DNA from: an uncultured virus (IMG/VR IMGVR_UViG_2744054492_000006)
Lineage: Duplodnaviria > Heunggongvirae > Uroviricota > Caudoviricetes
Virus record (IMG/VR): IMGVR_UViG_2744054492_000006
Length of the DNA stretch: 64,000 nucleotides
Direction: 5' to 3' (one strand)
A model generated the notes under the pieces. The model was not told the origin of the DNA and searched no databases. It worked only from the letters and a program-made list of their open reading frames with translations. Below, piece by piece: positions 1 through 9,912 of this stretch. Every line of letters begins with the position of its first letter. Positions within the stretch are counted from its first letter, which is position 1. The position numbers and the translations under genes are program-made.

Positions 1-324
1 TCACCTGTAGCCTTTCCAGATTTTTAAAATCATCCCAGCCGATTTGAATGGATCTCGAGAAAGGCGCAACACAAACGCAGTGATATTGCGCCCACTCATC
101 GCCAACACTCCGGCTGTTGCATCGCTAAAGGCAGCCTTCAACTCAAAGAAGTCCAGGAGCGGCTGAGTAAATGTCACGGCCGCAGCAATTCCGATGAAGA
201 ATGTGAGCACACGCTGCCAGAAGCCAGCCTCTTGAAGCAAAGCTCCAATAAGTGCAAAAGCGACAATGACGGCCGTTTTCCAGAACGGTAAATGATAGAA
301 AATCTCTAAGATAAAATCTGTCAT
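1..324 (-). CDS. Putative holin / lysis-cassette membrane protein
   Basis: 107 aa, 2-3 hydrophobic helices, basic C-terminus, downstream of endolysin and spanins. Confidence 0.6.
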   Translation of the reverse strand: MTDFILEIFYHLPFWKTAVIVAFALIGALLQEAGFWQRVLTFFIGIAAAVTFTQPLLDFFELKAAFSDATAGVLAMSGRNITAFVLRLSRDPFKSAGMILKIWKGYR

Positions 325-539
325 TTCCAGCAGCCCTGCCTTTGTCCGTTCCTGTCATTTGCTGCAACTCTATTCGCCCCTGCCCTGTCCACTTGAACCA
401 GCACCACAAAGCCTTGGGGGCTTAAGTTATTCTTTGTGAACCCGCTGCAACTGCTCGCACTCTGCAACGTTTCGCAGCCCGGAATCATCAAAGTACTCAA
501 GACACAAGCGGTAATCTTCAAGACCTTGCAAAAAGGCAT
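321..539 (-). CDS. Putative o-spanin (Rz1-like lipoprotein); true start probably a few codons downstream
   Basis: KITACVLSTLMIPG-C lipoprotein-like signal, overlaps the i-spanin gene in another frame. Confidence 0.65.
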   Translation of the reverse strand: MPFCKVLKITACVLSTLMIPGCETLQSASSCSGFTKNNLSPQGFVVLVQVDRAGANRVAANDRNGQRQGCWK

Positions 540-720
540 CGTCCTGCTTCCTTTGCTGTTCCGCTTTCACAGTCCCTTGCAAAGCATCATGCTCTGCCTC
601 GATAAACGCCCCCTGCCGGATCTGGTCATAGGCAACGGCCGCAAACGCACAAAGAAGAAGGGCGGCCACCAATGCCCGCCCCGTCTTCGTCTTAATCAGG
701 ATTGAGAGAACCGCCCCCAT
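427..720 (-). CDS. Putative i-spanin (Rz-like)
   Basis: N-terminal TM helix then helical periplasmic segment, directly after endolysin. Confidence 0.65.
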   Translation of the reverse strand: MGAVLSILIKTKTGRALVAALLLCAFAAVAYDQIRQGAFIEAEHDALQGTVKAEQQRKQDDAFLQGLEDYRLCLEYFDDSGLRNVAECEQLQRVHKE

Positions 721-721
721 C

Positions 722-1498
722 TCAGGCGGCCCGCTCTTTATTAATCAGCAGCCAGCCTGCAACGCCCACACTGAGAACCAGAGCTATTGCAAAGCCCCAC
801 TGCACCGGCCCGGAGCCCGCCAGAATGCCGGAGAACCCAGAAGCAGCCATAGCGCCCTTGGTGATCCCATCCGGGCTAAGCCACGCGCTGAGTGCACTGG
901 TTTCCTCATCAACCGCCTTGGAGCCTTCCTCATTTTCATGAGGTTCCAGTTTTGGAGTTGGAGCACGTTTAATAATGGCATTGCCCACCAGCTCTAAGGA
1001 TCGCTCCTGCACATGCCGCACGCGCCGCGTCCAGCCGGTCTTGTTGTAGGGCCAGTTTCTCAGCCGCTTCATGAATTTCAGGCGAGCGACTGAGAACAAA
1101 TTGATTAAGGTTGTGGCAGAATGCGCCTTCACTGCACCCAACGTAATCAGGCCCAACACGCCATCTACTTTGACTTTGAGGATCTTCTGCAGGATCTTCA
1201 CGGCCCGCGCCGGGCCGGAGTTTACGGCACAATCAAAAACGGCATAGTCCAACCCACGCGGCAGCTTATCGCCTTTCACAGCATCCCAGTATTGCGCCCG
1301 GTAGATATCAATTGCCTCTTCACGGCTCAAACGCTTCACCTCTTCCACGCTCACCGCACGGCCACGCCAAGCAGACAAAGTCCTTTGAGTGACGCCAAGA
1401 TTTGTTGGGCCGCCCGGATCTGCTTTGCGAGACCGGTTTGCAAACCCGCCCTCAGTTCCAAGCAGGTCTACAATAATCAGTCGGAACGTATCTTTCAT
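722..1498 (-). CDS. Endolysin, glycoside hydrolase family 108 with peptidoglycan-binding domain and C-terminal hydrophobic tail
   Basis: EGG..DPGGPTNLGVT, FDCAVNSG and GWTRRV motifs of GH108. Confidence 0.9.
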   Translation of the reverse strand: MKDTFRLIIVDLLGTEGGFANRSRKADPGGPTNLGVTQRTLSAWRGRAVSVEEVKRLSREEAIDIYRAQYWDAVKGDKLPRGLDYAVFDCAVNSGPARAVKILQKILKVKVDGVLGLITLGAVKAHSATTLINLFSVARLKFMKRLRNWPYNKTGWTRRVRHVQERSLELVGNAIIKRAPTPKLEPHENEEGSKAVDEETSALSAWLSPDGITKGAMAASGFSGILAGSGPVQWGFAIALVLSVGVAGWLLINKERAA

Positions 1499-1512
1499 GC
1501 TCTGCCCCTAAC

Positions 1513-1567
1513 AAAAAACGGGAGCCTAAGGCCCCCGTGCAGGTATAAAAAAAGCCGCAATTGCGGC
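1513..1567 (-). terminator. Two tandem hairpin + U-tract terminators upstream of the endolysin
   Basis: AAAAAACGGGAGCC-TAA-GGCCCCCGT and AAAAAAAGCCGC-AATT-GCGGC. Confidence 0.55.
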
Positions 1568-1593
1568 GCGAAAAATTAACATGATGCTCTAGG

Positions 1594-1977
1594 CTAGCTC
1601 TGCTTTGCTTCTTCAGCTTTCAAAGCATCTGCCTCTTTCAAACGTTGAGCTTTAATGTATGCGGGAGTTTGCCGAACAAAGGCTCTGATTTCATCAGTCA
1701 CACAAAACCCGGTAACAGGTTCATTTAGCCCATCTTCTCCTGCATCTCTGCAAAGATACCGGACCCCATCTGTCTCAACAGACAAGTACCAATGTTGCAC
1801 ATTGATATCTAAGCCCTGCGGCCAATACTCAGTATCAACAAATGAACCAACCAAATAGATTAAGGCCAACTGAGAAAACTCATGCATTAAGCCTAAGTCA
1901 CCTAGATTTTTGTGTCCCTGACACACAATAAATAGAATTTCCTTGTTCTCAAAAAACAGCTCCATATCATGAGACAT
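1594..1977 (-). CDS. Hypothetical protein (AT-rich insert; start likely MSHDMELFF)
   Basis: ORF track; upstream extension overlaps the DUF2793 gene and is not favoured. Confidence 0.6.
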   Translation of the reverse strand: MSHDMELFFENKEILFIVCQGHKNLGDLGLMHEFSQLALIYLVGSFVDTEYWPQGLDINVQHWYLSVETDGVRYLCRDAGEDGLNEPVTGFCVTDEIRAFVRQTPAYIKAQRLKEADALKAEEAKQS

Positions 1978-1987
1978 AACGCCCCTC

Positions 1988-2755
1988 CTAGCTTTGCGGA
2001 ACAACCGGCAGGAAGTAATGCAGTGCAATGCGCACCTTGCCGCCGGTGAAGTCGCCACCATTGGCAGTAAGCCTCACGGCCGTATCTCCATAAAACGCAG
2101 TCGGACCGATCACCCCTGCATTGTTCGAGCCAACAGCCGCTCCCAGCGATCCGCCAAACTTGGATTGCTCACCGGCAAGGCCGCAGTCATAGGAGGCTGC
2201 CCCTGTCACAGCCTCCACCGTGCGGGTAGACACGCAGAACACGATTGCCCGGTTTGGGATTAAAACCGAGCTGTCAACACTGCTACCCGCGAGGCTTAGC
2301 TCTTCATCCACGGTTACAAACTGGCTTTGTGCTTTGCTGTCCGTTTCACTTAAAACGGTTTTCTCTTGCTGCAAGGCAAGGCCGCCTGTTCCCGGATCTG
2401 TGCCCAGACCAGCCACAGAAGAAAAACTGCCCCATGCCCCGCCGGAATAAACCTGCATGGTTTCTGCGCTTTCAATCCAAGCTGCCCACCCGGTGCCAGG
2501 TGTAAGAAACTCCCACGCCCCGGCGCTAAAGGCCGCAATCTGGCTTTCATGCCCGGCAAAGGCACCAGTCGCTCCTGCAGGCACGATATAACGTGCTCCC
2601 TCATCAGGATCTGCAGGCGGATTGGTAATGCTGTTTGAGATGACAGAAAGCTGCACCACCACATCAAGCAAGGCTAACGCCTCATTGTGGGTCACATGCT
2701 TTTGCGATTGCGCAGCCGCAATCATCGGCAGGTTTAAGTGTGCCGTTGTGCTCAT
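1988..2755 (-). CDS. DUF2793-family tail/fibre-associated protein
   Basis: MSTTAHLNLPMIAAAQSQKHVTHNEALALLD signature; RBS AAGGGGG before ATG at 2755. Confidence 0.85.
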   Translation of the reverse strand: MSTTAHLNLPMIAAAQSQKHVTHNEALALLDVVVQLSVISNSITNPPADPDEGARYIVPAGATGAFAGHESQIAAFSAGAWEFLTPGTGWAAWIESAETMQVYSGGAWGSFSSVAGLGTDPGTGGLALQQEKTVLSETDSKAQSQFVTVDEELSLAGSSVDSSVLIPNRAIVFCVSTRTVEAVTGAASYDCGLAGEQSKFGGSLGAAVGSNNAGVIGPTAFYGDTAVRLTANGGDFTGGKVRIALHYFLPVVPQS

Positions 2756-2765
2756 ACTTCCCCCT

Positions 2766-5700
2766 TTACGCTTCATAATGAGCAACAGCAGGAACGCCGC
2801 GCCCGTAGACCTCAGATAGTTGATAGACCCACACGTCAAAGCTGGATGCAGGCCCGCTAAAGTCTTCCGCTTGCATGGCGGCCGTGTAGGATGCAAACGC
2901 CCCGGAAGCAGAAAGGGAGCGCTTTAAAACGCCCCCTTCCCGGATCTCAACACTGTAACTTTCTACAGTCTCACCAAGAGGCACCTCTGCCACCTCCCAG
3001 CTATCCCCACCCGTTCGTGTGCGCCTAATCCAGCTTATTGCAATGCTGCCATCAGCTTGCGCACGGGCGTTTAAATGCACGGGCGACAGCGGCCGCTCTC
3101 CACGGCCGGTAAAGGTCTTCTGGTAACTGGTGTAATCCTGCGATCCCACACCAGCCCCGGCCCGGCCTGTTTGCCAGTTGAGCGGCAAACCCAGCTCAGA
3201 GCGCGACAGGCCGTTTTGTGTCATGCCGCCATCCAGCACCACCACACGCGCCCCTGCAGGTGCACCCATGCCCGGCTCACTGCCCCGCTGCCCGCGTAGC
3301 AGCTTGCTTAAGGTATAGGTGCGCTCAGCAATCAGCTCAGCATTGGCAAACTGCAACAGCTCCCATTCCCCGGCAGTGCCTTCAATCAGCAAGGCATTGC
3401 CCCCGGAGAACACAAGATCCTCTCCAAGAGAAGCCAGCGCCCCATTGTAAAGCTTGACCTTGACCCGGTTGCCATTATCCCAGCGGTGCAGCGGCCCTGC
3501 AGGCAACGGTGCCTGCAGCTCCCCGAGCACACCTTGCTGATTAAGGGCAGCCCGTAGCTCATAGCCACTTGTCACCGGGCTGGATAAGAACGCCATGCCC
3601 TTTGAGAACGGCAACTGATAGCCGGTCAGATAGCCTTGCCATGGCGTGTCCTGATCGCGCAAAAGCGGCCCGTCGATAAACACTCCTAAGGCGGCCGCCT
3701 GCAGCACCTGCCCTTTTGAGACAAAGGCCCGTGTTGCCCCCTTGGTGGCTTCATACACCGGTGCATCATAAGTCACCGCTTCAATCATGCGGGCATCCCC
3801 ATCCTTGACGGATAGCACCCGCACCGCGAACACACGGCCGGAAACGGTCAGTTTAAGATAGTCACCCGGTTCTATGTGCAGATCCGTTGGAGGCAGCACA
3901 TAGCTTAAGCGCTCCCGCGAGGCCCACGCCTCCTGCAACAGACTTTCAGCCATGCCCTGCAGGCGTTCATAGTTGGTCACGACAGGCAGATCAGAAGTCA
4001 CAACCCTTTCAGTTGAAACAGCGCCTTTCAGCGCCTCTGCAGTCGCTGTGTTAAAATCTTTTGAGCTGTCATAGGCCGTTACCCGCACCACTGCAGGCAG
4101 CTCGGTTTCTTGCGCTCTTGTAATGGAAACCCGCTCTTTGTCCTTACCCTGATCAACCAGTTGCTCTGCTTCAATCTCAGCTAAGGGATAGCGGGAACGA
4201 CGCGGGCGAAACGCCACCCGGCCGCCAGATTCCACCGCATCAAAGAAGAAAGCAGCCCCAAGGGTTTCCAAGACGCTGCGGGCACTGGTGATAGAAGAGA
4301 TAAGGAAGCCATCGGCAACCCCATCTGCCCCGGCCGTTTCAAAGTCTATGCCTTCATGCAGGCCAGCCCGCTCCATCAAGAGCCGGGCAATGCCATCAAC
4401 TGAGACACCGCCCACACGGCCGGAAAGCCAATGCCCGGTGGTGAAGTTGCCCCAATCCGCCCAGGTATCGGATTCCACCGGAAACGATGGAAACGGCCGC
4501 ACATCCCAGGCCCATGCAAACATGTTCACCGGGTCCACCATTGGCCCGCCATAAACCGGGCTAACTGGATTGTTGCCAGCCTCTACAGCCCAATATTCCA
4601 GCATGGCTCTAAGGTAACGCCGCTGTATCAGATCATCACGCACCCCGGAGGAAAAATAGGGCACCTGACTTTCTGAGGATTTGGGATCATAAAACACGTT
4701 TGGCTGATTGGTGCCTTTGTCGATCGCAGGGCAGCCAAACTCTGTAAACCAGATGGGCTTTGATTTTGGCACCCAGTTAGTTGAGGTATTGGAACGCACC
4801 CCGCCCGGCCGGTTGTGGTGCGGATTTTCCCACCAGCCCCGCAAATCCTTTTGACGAAACACCCAATGTTCGCCATGGTCCTGATCTGCAATCAAGGTGC
4901 GGTTCTGGGTGATCCGGTCATTCTGCGAGGCATAGAAATAATCATAGTATTCCCGGCCCTCGATGCCAGCTTTCAGATAGTCCAGATCATGGATGGACTG
5001 TGCGTCCTGCCCGTGATCCGCATGGTCCTCAAAATCGCGCCAATCGGTCAGCGGCAGATAATTATCTATGCCAATAAAGTCGATATCGTCATGAGCCCAA
5101 AGATAATCGAGATGAAAGAACACATCGCCGCTAACATCATCCGGCCGGTAACTGTGAAACTCGGACCAATCCGCCGCATAGCTTAGCTTTGTACCAGCCC
5201 CGACCAGCGTGCGCACTTCACCCGCTAGTGTGGCCATGCCCTCCACAAACGCAAAAGCATTGCCAGCCCCGCGCACGAAAGAAACACCGGGCATTTCTGT
5301 TCCAATCACAAAGGCATCCACACCGCCTGCAAGCTCTGCCAGTTTGGCAAGGTGCAAAACAAACCGCCTGTAAGACCATTCCCCCGGCCCGCTATAGCTT
5401 ATCGCAGCGCCAGTGCTGCCAAAGTCTGCAGCCGTTGCCGTGCCCAGAAAGCTTGCGATCTGATCAGCAGCCACCGCTGTTTTATCCGGGCTGCCCGGCT
5501 GCCCCGGTGCCGGGTGGCAGGTGATCCGGCCGCGCCAGGGATATCTATCTTGCTCTGCCTCTCCGTAAGGATCTGGAAGGCCGTTGCCTTCTGGAACATC
5601 CATCATGACAAACGGATAAAGCATCACCTTAAAGCCACGCTCTTTCAGATCCTTGATTGCTTCAATCACAACACTGTCAGAGGGCGAACCACCATAGGCA

Positions 5701-6692
5701 GGCTTTCCATCCACATATGACACAAGCCGCGCTTCATCCCGGCTTAGCCCGGCAACGCGCCATTCAATTGGGCTGGTGGTTTTACGCGCTTCCACACGCG
5801 GTGCAATCGTGCACTCTCCCGCCCTCAGATCATCACCAAACCAAGCCACCACCAGAGATACGGTTTTGCACTCCGGGCAGGTGCTCTGCAAAAGGTCTAT
5901 GGAGTGCTCCCAGTCAGTTGCTGCGGAAAGTGTGTGCCGGTTGTTATAGGCCGTGGTCGGGCCGTCCTTGCCATCCTTTACGGGTGTTTTGGAATAACCA
6001 AATTCAGTAGAGCCGGGAATAAGAGAAACAGCCGTTAGCTTTTCTTCCTCATAGCCAACGGAGCGCACCACTTCAAAAGTCAGCTGCGGCAAGCGGTTGC
6101 CGAAGTCTGCAAGCAGCAGCTCTTCAAACACCACATAGGCAAGGCCGCGATAAGCTGGCACATCCGGGCTGCCTTGCTTAGCAGCAATCAGCGGATCAGC
6201 TTCCTGTGTCTCGCTGCCCTTATAGATGCGCATGGTGATTTTGCTAGTATCCAACTCCTTGCCATCCGCCCACACCCGCAAAATGGAAGAGATTGGCCCT
6301 TCACAGATCCCAACCGCAAAGTTGGCATAGTAGCTGTAGGTTGTTTGTGTGACGGTTGATGACGAGCCGCCAGCTTTGCCGCCGTGTTTTTCCGTCGTTG
6401 TTGAAACGACTTCATGCAGATTTGTTGCCCAGATCACCTGCCCGGAAACACGCGCCCGCCCGGCCACAAGAGGAACCACCGCCCCCTCACTGGACCCCAT
6501 CACCTGCAGGCTGTCCAGCCGCTGCCCGTCCACATGGCTTTTACTGCCCGGTGTGAACGCTGAGATAAGCATATTATCAAGATAAGTACCGGCAACCGTT
6601 GCCGCTGCAGTCAGCGCAAACGTTGCAACAGTACCTGCACCGGTTGCCCCTGCAATCGCAGTTGCCACCGCTGTTAAAACAAGCGTTGCCAT
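2766..6692 (-). CDS. RcGTA g15-like baseplate megatron / host-specificity protein (GTA TIM-barrel domain)
   Basis: PAYRGLAYVVFE, YAADWSE, GIDNYLPL, KPIWFTEFGC and WIRRTRTGGDSW motifs. Confidence 0.93.
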   Translation of the reverse strand: MATLVLTAVATAIAGATGAGTVATFALTAAATVAGTYLDNMLISAFTPGSKSHVDGQRLDSLQVMGSSEGAVVPLVAGRARVSGQVIWATNLHEVVSTTTEKHGGKAGGSSSTVTQTTYSYYANFAVGICEGPISSILRVWADGKELDTSKITMRIYKGSETQEADPLIAAKQGSPDVPAYRGLAYVVFEELLLADFGNRLPQLTFEVVRSVGYEEEKLTAVSLIPGSTEFGYSKTPVKDGKDGPTTAYNNRHTLSAATDWEHSIDLLQSTCPECKTVSLVVAWFGDDLRAGECTIAPRVEARKTTSPIEWRVAGLSRDEARLVSYVDGKPAYGGSPSDSVVIEAIKDLKERGFKVMLYPFVMMDVPEGNGLPDPYGEAEQDRYPWRGRITCHPAPGQPGSPDKTAVAADQIASFLGTATAADFGSTGAAISYSGPGEWSYRRFVLHLAKLAELAGGVDAFVIGTEMPGVSFVRGAGNAFAFVEGMATLAGEVRTLVGAGTKLSYAADWSEFHSYRPDDVSGDVFFHLDYLWAHDDIDFIGIDNYLPLTDWRDFEDHADHGQDAQSIHDLDYLKAGIEGREYYDYFYASQNDRITQNRTLIADQDHGEHWVFRQKDLRGWWENPHHNRPGGVRSNTSTNWVPKSKPIWFTEFGCPAIDKGTNQPNVFYDPKSSESQVPYFSSGVRDDLIQRRYLRAMLEYWAVEAGNNPVSPVYGGPMVDPVNMFAWAWDVRPFPSFPVESDTWADWGNFTTGHWLSGRVGGVSVDGIARLLMERAGLHEGIDFETAGADGVADGFLISSITSARSVLETLGAAFFFDAVESGGRVAFRPRRSRYPLAEIEAEQLVDQGKDKERVSITRAQETELPAVVRVTAYDSSKDFNTATAEALKGAVSTERVVTSDLPVVTNYERLQGMAESLLQEAWASRERLSYVLPPTDLHIEPGDYLKLTVSGRVFAVRVLSVKDGDARMIEAVTYDAPVYEATKGATRAFVSKGQVLQAAALGVFIDGPLLRDQDTPWQGYLTGYQLPFSKGMAFLSSPVTSGYELRAALNQQGVLGELQAPLPAGPLHRWDNGNRVKVKLYNGALASLGEDLVFSGGNALLIEGTAGEWELLQFANAELIAERTYTLSKLLRGQRGSEPGMGAPAGARVVVLDGGMTQNGLSRSELGLPLNWQTGRAGAGVGSQDYTSYQKTFTGRGERPLSPVHLNARAQADGSIAISWIRRTRTGGDSWEVAEVPLGETVESYSVEIREGGVLKRSLSASGAFASYTAAMQAEDFSGPASSFDVWVYQLSEVYGRGVPAVAHYEA

Positions 6693-6708
6693 TGTTTTAC
6701 CCTGTAGC

Positions 6709-7113
6709 TTGTGTCAATTACCGATGAAAATCGAAAGAAAAATGGAGATAAATTTGGAGTTGTTGAGCATCGCAATCGGCACCCTTGCGCTCTTCAGCGG
6801 CGCTCTTTGGTACTTTGAAAGGAAGAAGAGAAGAGATCTCTCGATTGTACTCGTGATGGCCTATTGGCCCGCTGTACTTCTTTCAATTGAGATCTTGTTT
6901 TTGGGATTTGCGACTGTCTATTGCGAACCAGTCTACTCAACCAAGCCTTCTCCTGCTTGCAACATTCTGGGAATTGATGCGACAGCGCATCTCACTATGG
7001 GGTCCCAAATGTCCCTAATGATCATCTATGCAATTTTGTATTGTCTTCTCAGCTCATTCATCTGGGCTATCGCGGCTCTGGTTGTGTTCATCCGCCGCCG
7101 CCTGAGCAGATAG
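6709..7113 (+). CDS. Small multi-TM membrane protein inserted antisense in the tail operon (moron)
   Basis: Three hydrophobic segments, C..C pair in a loop; fills the gap between g14 and g15 homologues. Confidence 0.65.
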   Translation: MCQLPMKIERKMEINLELLSIAIGTLALFSGALWYFERKKRRDLSIVLVMAYWPAVLLSIEILFLGFATVYCEPVYSTKPSPACNILGIDATAHLTMGSQMSLMIIYAILYCLLSSFIWAIAALVVFIRRRLSR

Positions 7114-7126
7114 TTGCAGGGTTCTT

Positions 7127-7570
7127 TCAAGGAAACCCAAACGCAGCTACTGCCCGGCGCTGCCACCACCCTGAATAGGACACCTCAACAACTCCCGCGC
7201 CCTCTTGCGCATGGATCATCACACCCGGCCTGCTGATCAGGCCCGCGTGTTTTGCAATCGCCCCGGATCGTACCCGGAACACCACTACAGCCCCAAGGTC
7301 AGGCGGGTCCAGCGCTGCCCGCTGGAAGTACTTCTGCCCGGCTTCCAAAAGCGTTTCACGTGTTCCAACCTCGCCCCAATCCGGGGAATACGCCGGAACC
7401 GTTTGCGGCTCAGATCCGTAAAGCTCCCGCCAGATCCCGCGCACCAATCCCAGACAATCACAGCCTGCGCCTTTGACACTGGCTTGGTGGTGGTAAGGCG
7501 TTCCAAGCCAACCACGAGCAAGCGCAACAACCTTATTTGACATAGGAGGAACCGTCATTTTTCTGCTCAT
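7127..7570 (-). CDS. NlpC/P60 cell-wall peptidase (RcGTA g14-like)
   Basis: ARGWLGTPYHHQAS..GCDCLGLVRG and KHAG..MIHA motifs. Confidence 0.92.
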   Translation of the reverse strand: MSRKMTVPPMSNKVVALARGWLGTPYHHQASVKGAGCDCLGLVRGIWRELYGSEPQTVPAYSPDWGEVGTRETLLEAGQKYFQRAALDPPDLGAVVVFRVRSGAIAKHAGLISRPGVMIHAQEGAGVVEVSYSGWWQRRAVAAFGFP

Positions 7571-8426
7571 CCTGTTCTGCGTAGGACAAAATAAAATCAG
7601 GGCCGGGCATGTGCGGAAAGCCGCGATAGTTCACCGCGTTTGCAAACTTTGATTTACAGGCCGCAAAGGTATGAGCACACCCGGCAAACACGTCAAAGGA
7701 ATCCCCGGCAGCAATGGGCTGCACAGGCGCTTGCCAAAGGGTCAGCTCTGCAGCCCCGCCCTCTGTCAGCTTGTGCACTTTGATTTTGACGCGGGCACCT
7801 TTGTTTGCCCCGGTGGTCCAGTGAAGCTGCCCCCATGAGAACCGGTCGGCCGGAAAGCCACCCAAGCCGGCACACGTAAACACCCGGTCTTTCACCGCTG
7901 TTACACTGCCCGCCCCATTGTTCTCCGGTGCCTGTAGATCCACACCACAGCGACTATCCCCCAACTCAGCATCGCAGCCATACTGATATGTGCGGCCGGT
8001 GTTCTGGTTGAGCCGGTGGGCAAGGCTGCGCATCTCTGCGTTAAAAGCAAGCTCGCCTCTGCTCACCTCGCCAATGTTGCCGCGCTGCATAACTTCCCGC
8101 TGAGAGGTATCCTGCCAGTTCACCCGGTAAAGCACGATTTCCGCATCATCATAAAGCCCGGCTGCAATGTCTGCTTCCGTGATCTTGTCAGAAGAAAACG
8201 CGCCTTCCACATCCATGTTGTTCACGGCAAGGCCAAGGTTTGCCTCTACATCTGTTCCAGTGAAACCAGCCGCCGCCTCAAACACAACACCTAAGAAAAC
8301 CAATTGCCGGTCATGGTCTGTAAAGCCCTGCTTCACGCCATCGCGCCGCGTGACCCGCCAACACCAACACAAGGTGGTGCAGTTGCCCTGCAGGTGTTGC
8401 AAGAATTGTTCAGATAACCGCCGCAT
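7533..8426 (-). CDS. DUF2163 baseplate hub (RcGTA g13-like)
   Basis: TTLCWCWRVTRRDG..GFTDHD, CDAELGDSRC and NYRGFPHMPG motifs. Confidence 0.92.
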   Translation of the reverse strand: MRRLSEQFLQHLQGNCTTLCWCWRVTRRDGVKQGFTDHDRQLVFLGVVFEAAAGFTGTDVEANLGLAVNNMDVEGAFSSDKITEADIAAGLYDDAEIVLYRVNWQDTSQREVMQRGNIGEVSRGELAFNAEMRSLAHRLNQNTGRTYQYGCDAELGDSRCGVDLQAPENNGAGSVTAVKDRVFTCAGLGGFPADRFSWGQLHWTTGANKGARVKIKVHKLTEGGAAELTLWQAPVQPIAAGDSFDVFAGCAHTFAACKSKFANAVNYRGFPHMPGPDFILSYAEQDEQKNDGSSYVK

Positions 8427-8506
8427 AATGTATCAACCCTCATCACTAATTAAGGTAAGTTTTTTCAATTCGTAAATTGGATCTTCGGTTCTGAGGAGGC
8501 ATTTTC

Positions 8507-9238
8507 ATGTCAGAAAGTATAATAAAAACAAAGATCAAAATTGAGCATGACATACAGGAAGCTCTTTATCTCGATTGCTTAAATTGCCGCACGAGAACAC
8601 GACACAACATCCTTGCACAAGTCAATCAAAGCGGGGCTGAGATTGTTGAGCAAAAGTTCTCAGTAGAATGGTCCAGCAAAAACCAGACAATTATGTGTGC
8701 CGGATGCGAGACAATTTCGTTTAGACAACTCAGCTCACATAGCGAAGACTGTGATATTGATCAAAACGGCAACTACACGCCAATTGAAGAGGAAACTCGT
8801 TTCCCGCGCATCATTAATGATCTTGAGAATGAGCGTTTTTCTCCATTACACGAACACTACATCCCGCAACGTGTTTTCCTGATTTATAAAGAAACAGTCG
8901 GAGCACAAGCTGCAAAGCACTATGTTCTTGCCGGTGTGGGCATACGAGCAATCACAGAGACAATCTGCCAAGATCAAAAGGCAAAAGGGCGAAATTTGCA
9001 GCTAAAAATTGACGATCTTGTCACCAAGCAGTTGCTCACCGCAAATGATGCAAAAACTCTTCAGGCCATACGTGAGATTGGAAACAAATCAGCCCATCAA
9101 ATGACGCCGCCGACCGCTCAGCAGATTTCAGTTGCATTAGAAGTTATCAAGCACCAAATGCTAAGTTTGTATGTTCACCCGAAAGTGTCTCAAATACTAC
9201 ACGAAAAACAGGCTAGAAAGCCTGTTTCCAGTTCATAA
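8507..9238 (+). CDS. Zn-ribbon + DUF4145 (HEPN-like) protein, antisense moron
   Basis: CLNC/CAGC pairs, IRAITETIC..L..KIDDL, and REIGNKSAH (R-x-H type motif). Confidence 0.8.
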   Translation: MSESIIKTKIKIEHDIQEALYLDCLNCRTRTRHNILAQVNQSGAEIVEQKFSVEWSSKNQTIMCAGCETISFRQLSSHSEDCDIDQNGNYTPIEEETRFPRIINDLENERFSPLHEHYIPQRVFLIYKETVGAQAAKHYVLAGVGIRAITETICQDQKAKGRNLQLKIDDLVTKQLLTANDAKTLQAIREIGNKSAHQMTPPTAQQISVALEVIKHQMLSLYVHPKVSQILHEKQARKPVSSS

Positions 9239-9862
9239 CAGCACCTCAACAATTGGAATATTGGTCACGCTGCCCTGTACATGGGCGTTTAGCGTCAGTT
9301 CCAGCATATCGGTGTCAAAGCGGGCTGGAACATCGAACTCAAAACCCGCTGTAACGTCCTCACCTGCAGGTGGGGCAGAAGCAAAGGTGATCAGGCCGGA
9401 AGTCTCATCAAGCACAAACCCCACGGCCGGAGCACCGCCCACGGCCACCACAACCGGTGCAGTGTCTGCAGGCAAAAGGATCTTGCGTGTATAGGGCTGG
9501 AAGGTCGCGCCGTAGGTCTTCACAAGCTGGAATTCCTTTTGCACGCCATCACCAACACCTAACACCTGATCAGTGGTACTGATTGCATCACCGGGCGGGC
9601 AGCTCTTAAAATCTGCCCAATCCTTCCAGCGAAACGCAAACATACGCCCGCGCCGCTCTTCAAAGAACTCCACCACCTTATGCAGATCATTGACAGAGCG
9701 AACACCCTTAGCCGCGTTGTAACGACGCCGCGAATCTGCCCATTGCTGGTTGCGCGTCTCCCGGCCGTTGGCACGCACCACAACTTGCGTTTTACGTTCC
9801 GGCCCACCGCGTGCCCCTAAAGAGATATCTGGCGGAAACCGTGTGTCATGAAATTCTTCCAT
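9233..9862 (-). CDS. DUF2460 distal tail protein (RcGTA g12-like)
   Basis: FHDTRFP..GGPERKT, FRWKDWADF and AGFEFDVPARFDTD motifs. Confidence 0.93.
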   Translation of the reverse strand: MEEFHDTRFPPDISLGARGGPERKTQVVVRANGRETRNQQWADSRRRYNAAKGVRSVNDLHKVVEFFEERRGRMFAFRWKDWADFKSCPPGDAISTTDQVLGVGDGVQKEFQLVKTYGATFQPYTRKILLPADTAPVVVAVGGAPAVGFVLDETSGLITFASAPPAGEDVTAGFEFDVPARFDTDMLELTLNAHVQGSVTNIPIVEVLL

Positions 9863-9912
9863 CTTATCTCCTTGTTCAAATCTGAGCCGAACCTGGAGCT
9901 AAAAATCAATTA

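Noticed and set aside
1988..9862. A bona fide gene transfer agent cluster
   Set aside because: The GTA-like genes are embedded in an element with its own integrase, repressor, replication genes and cos-type terminase, so this is a prophage.
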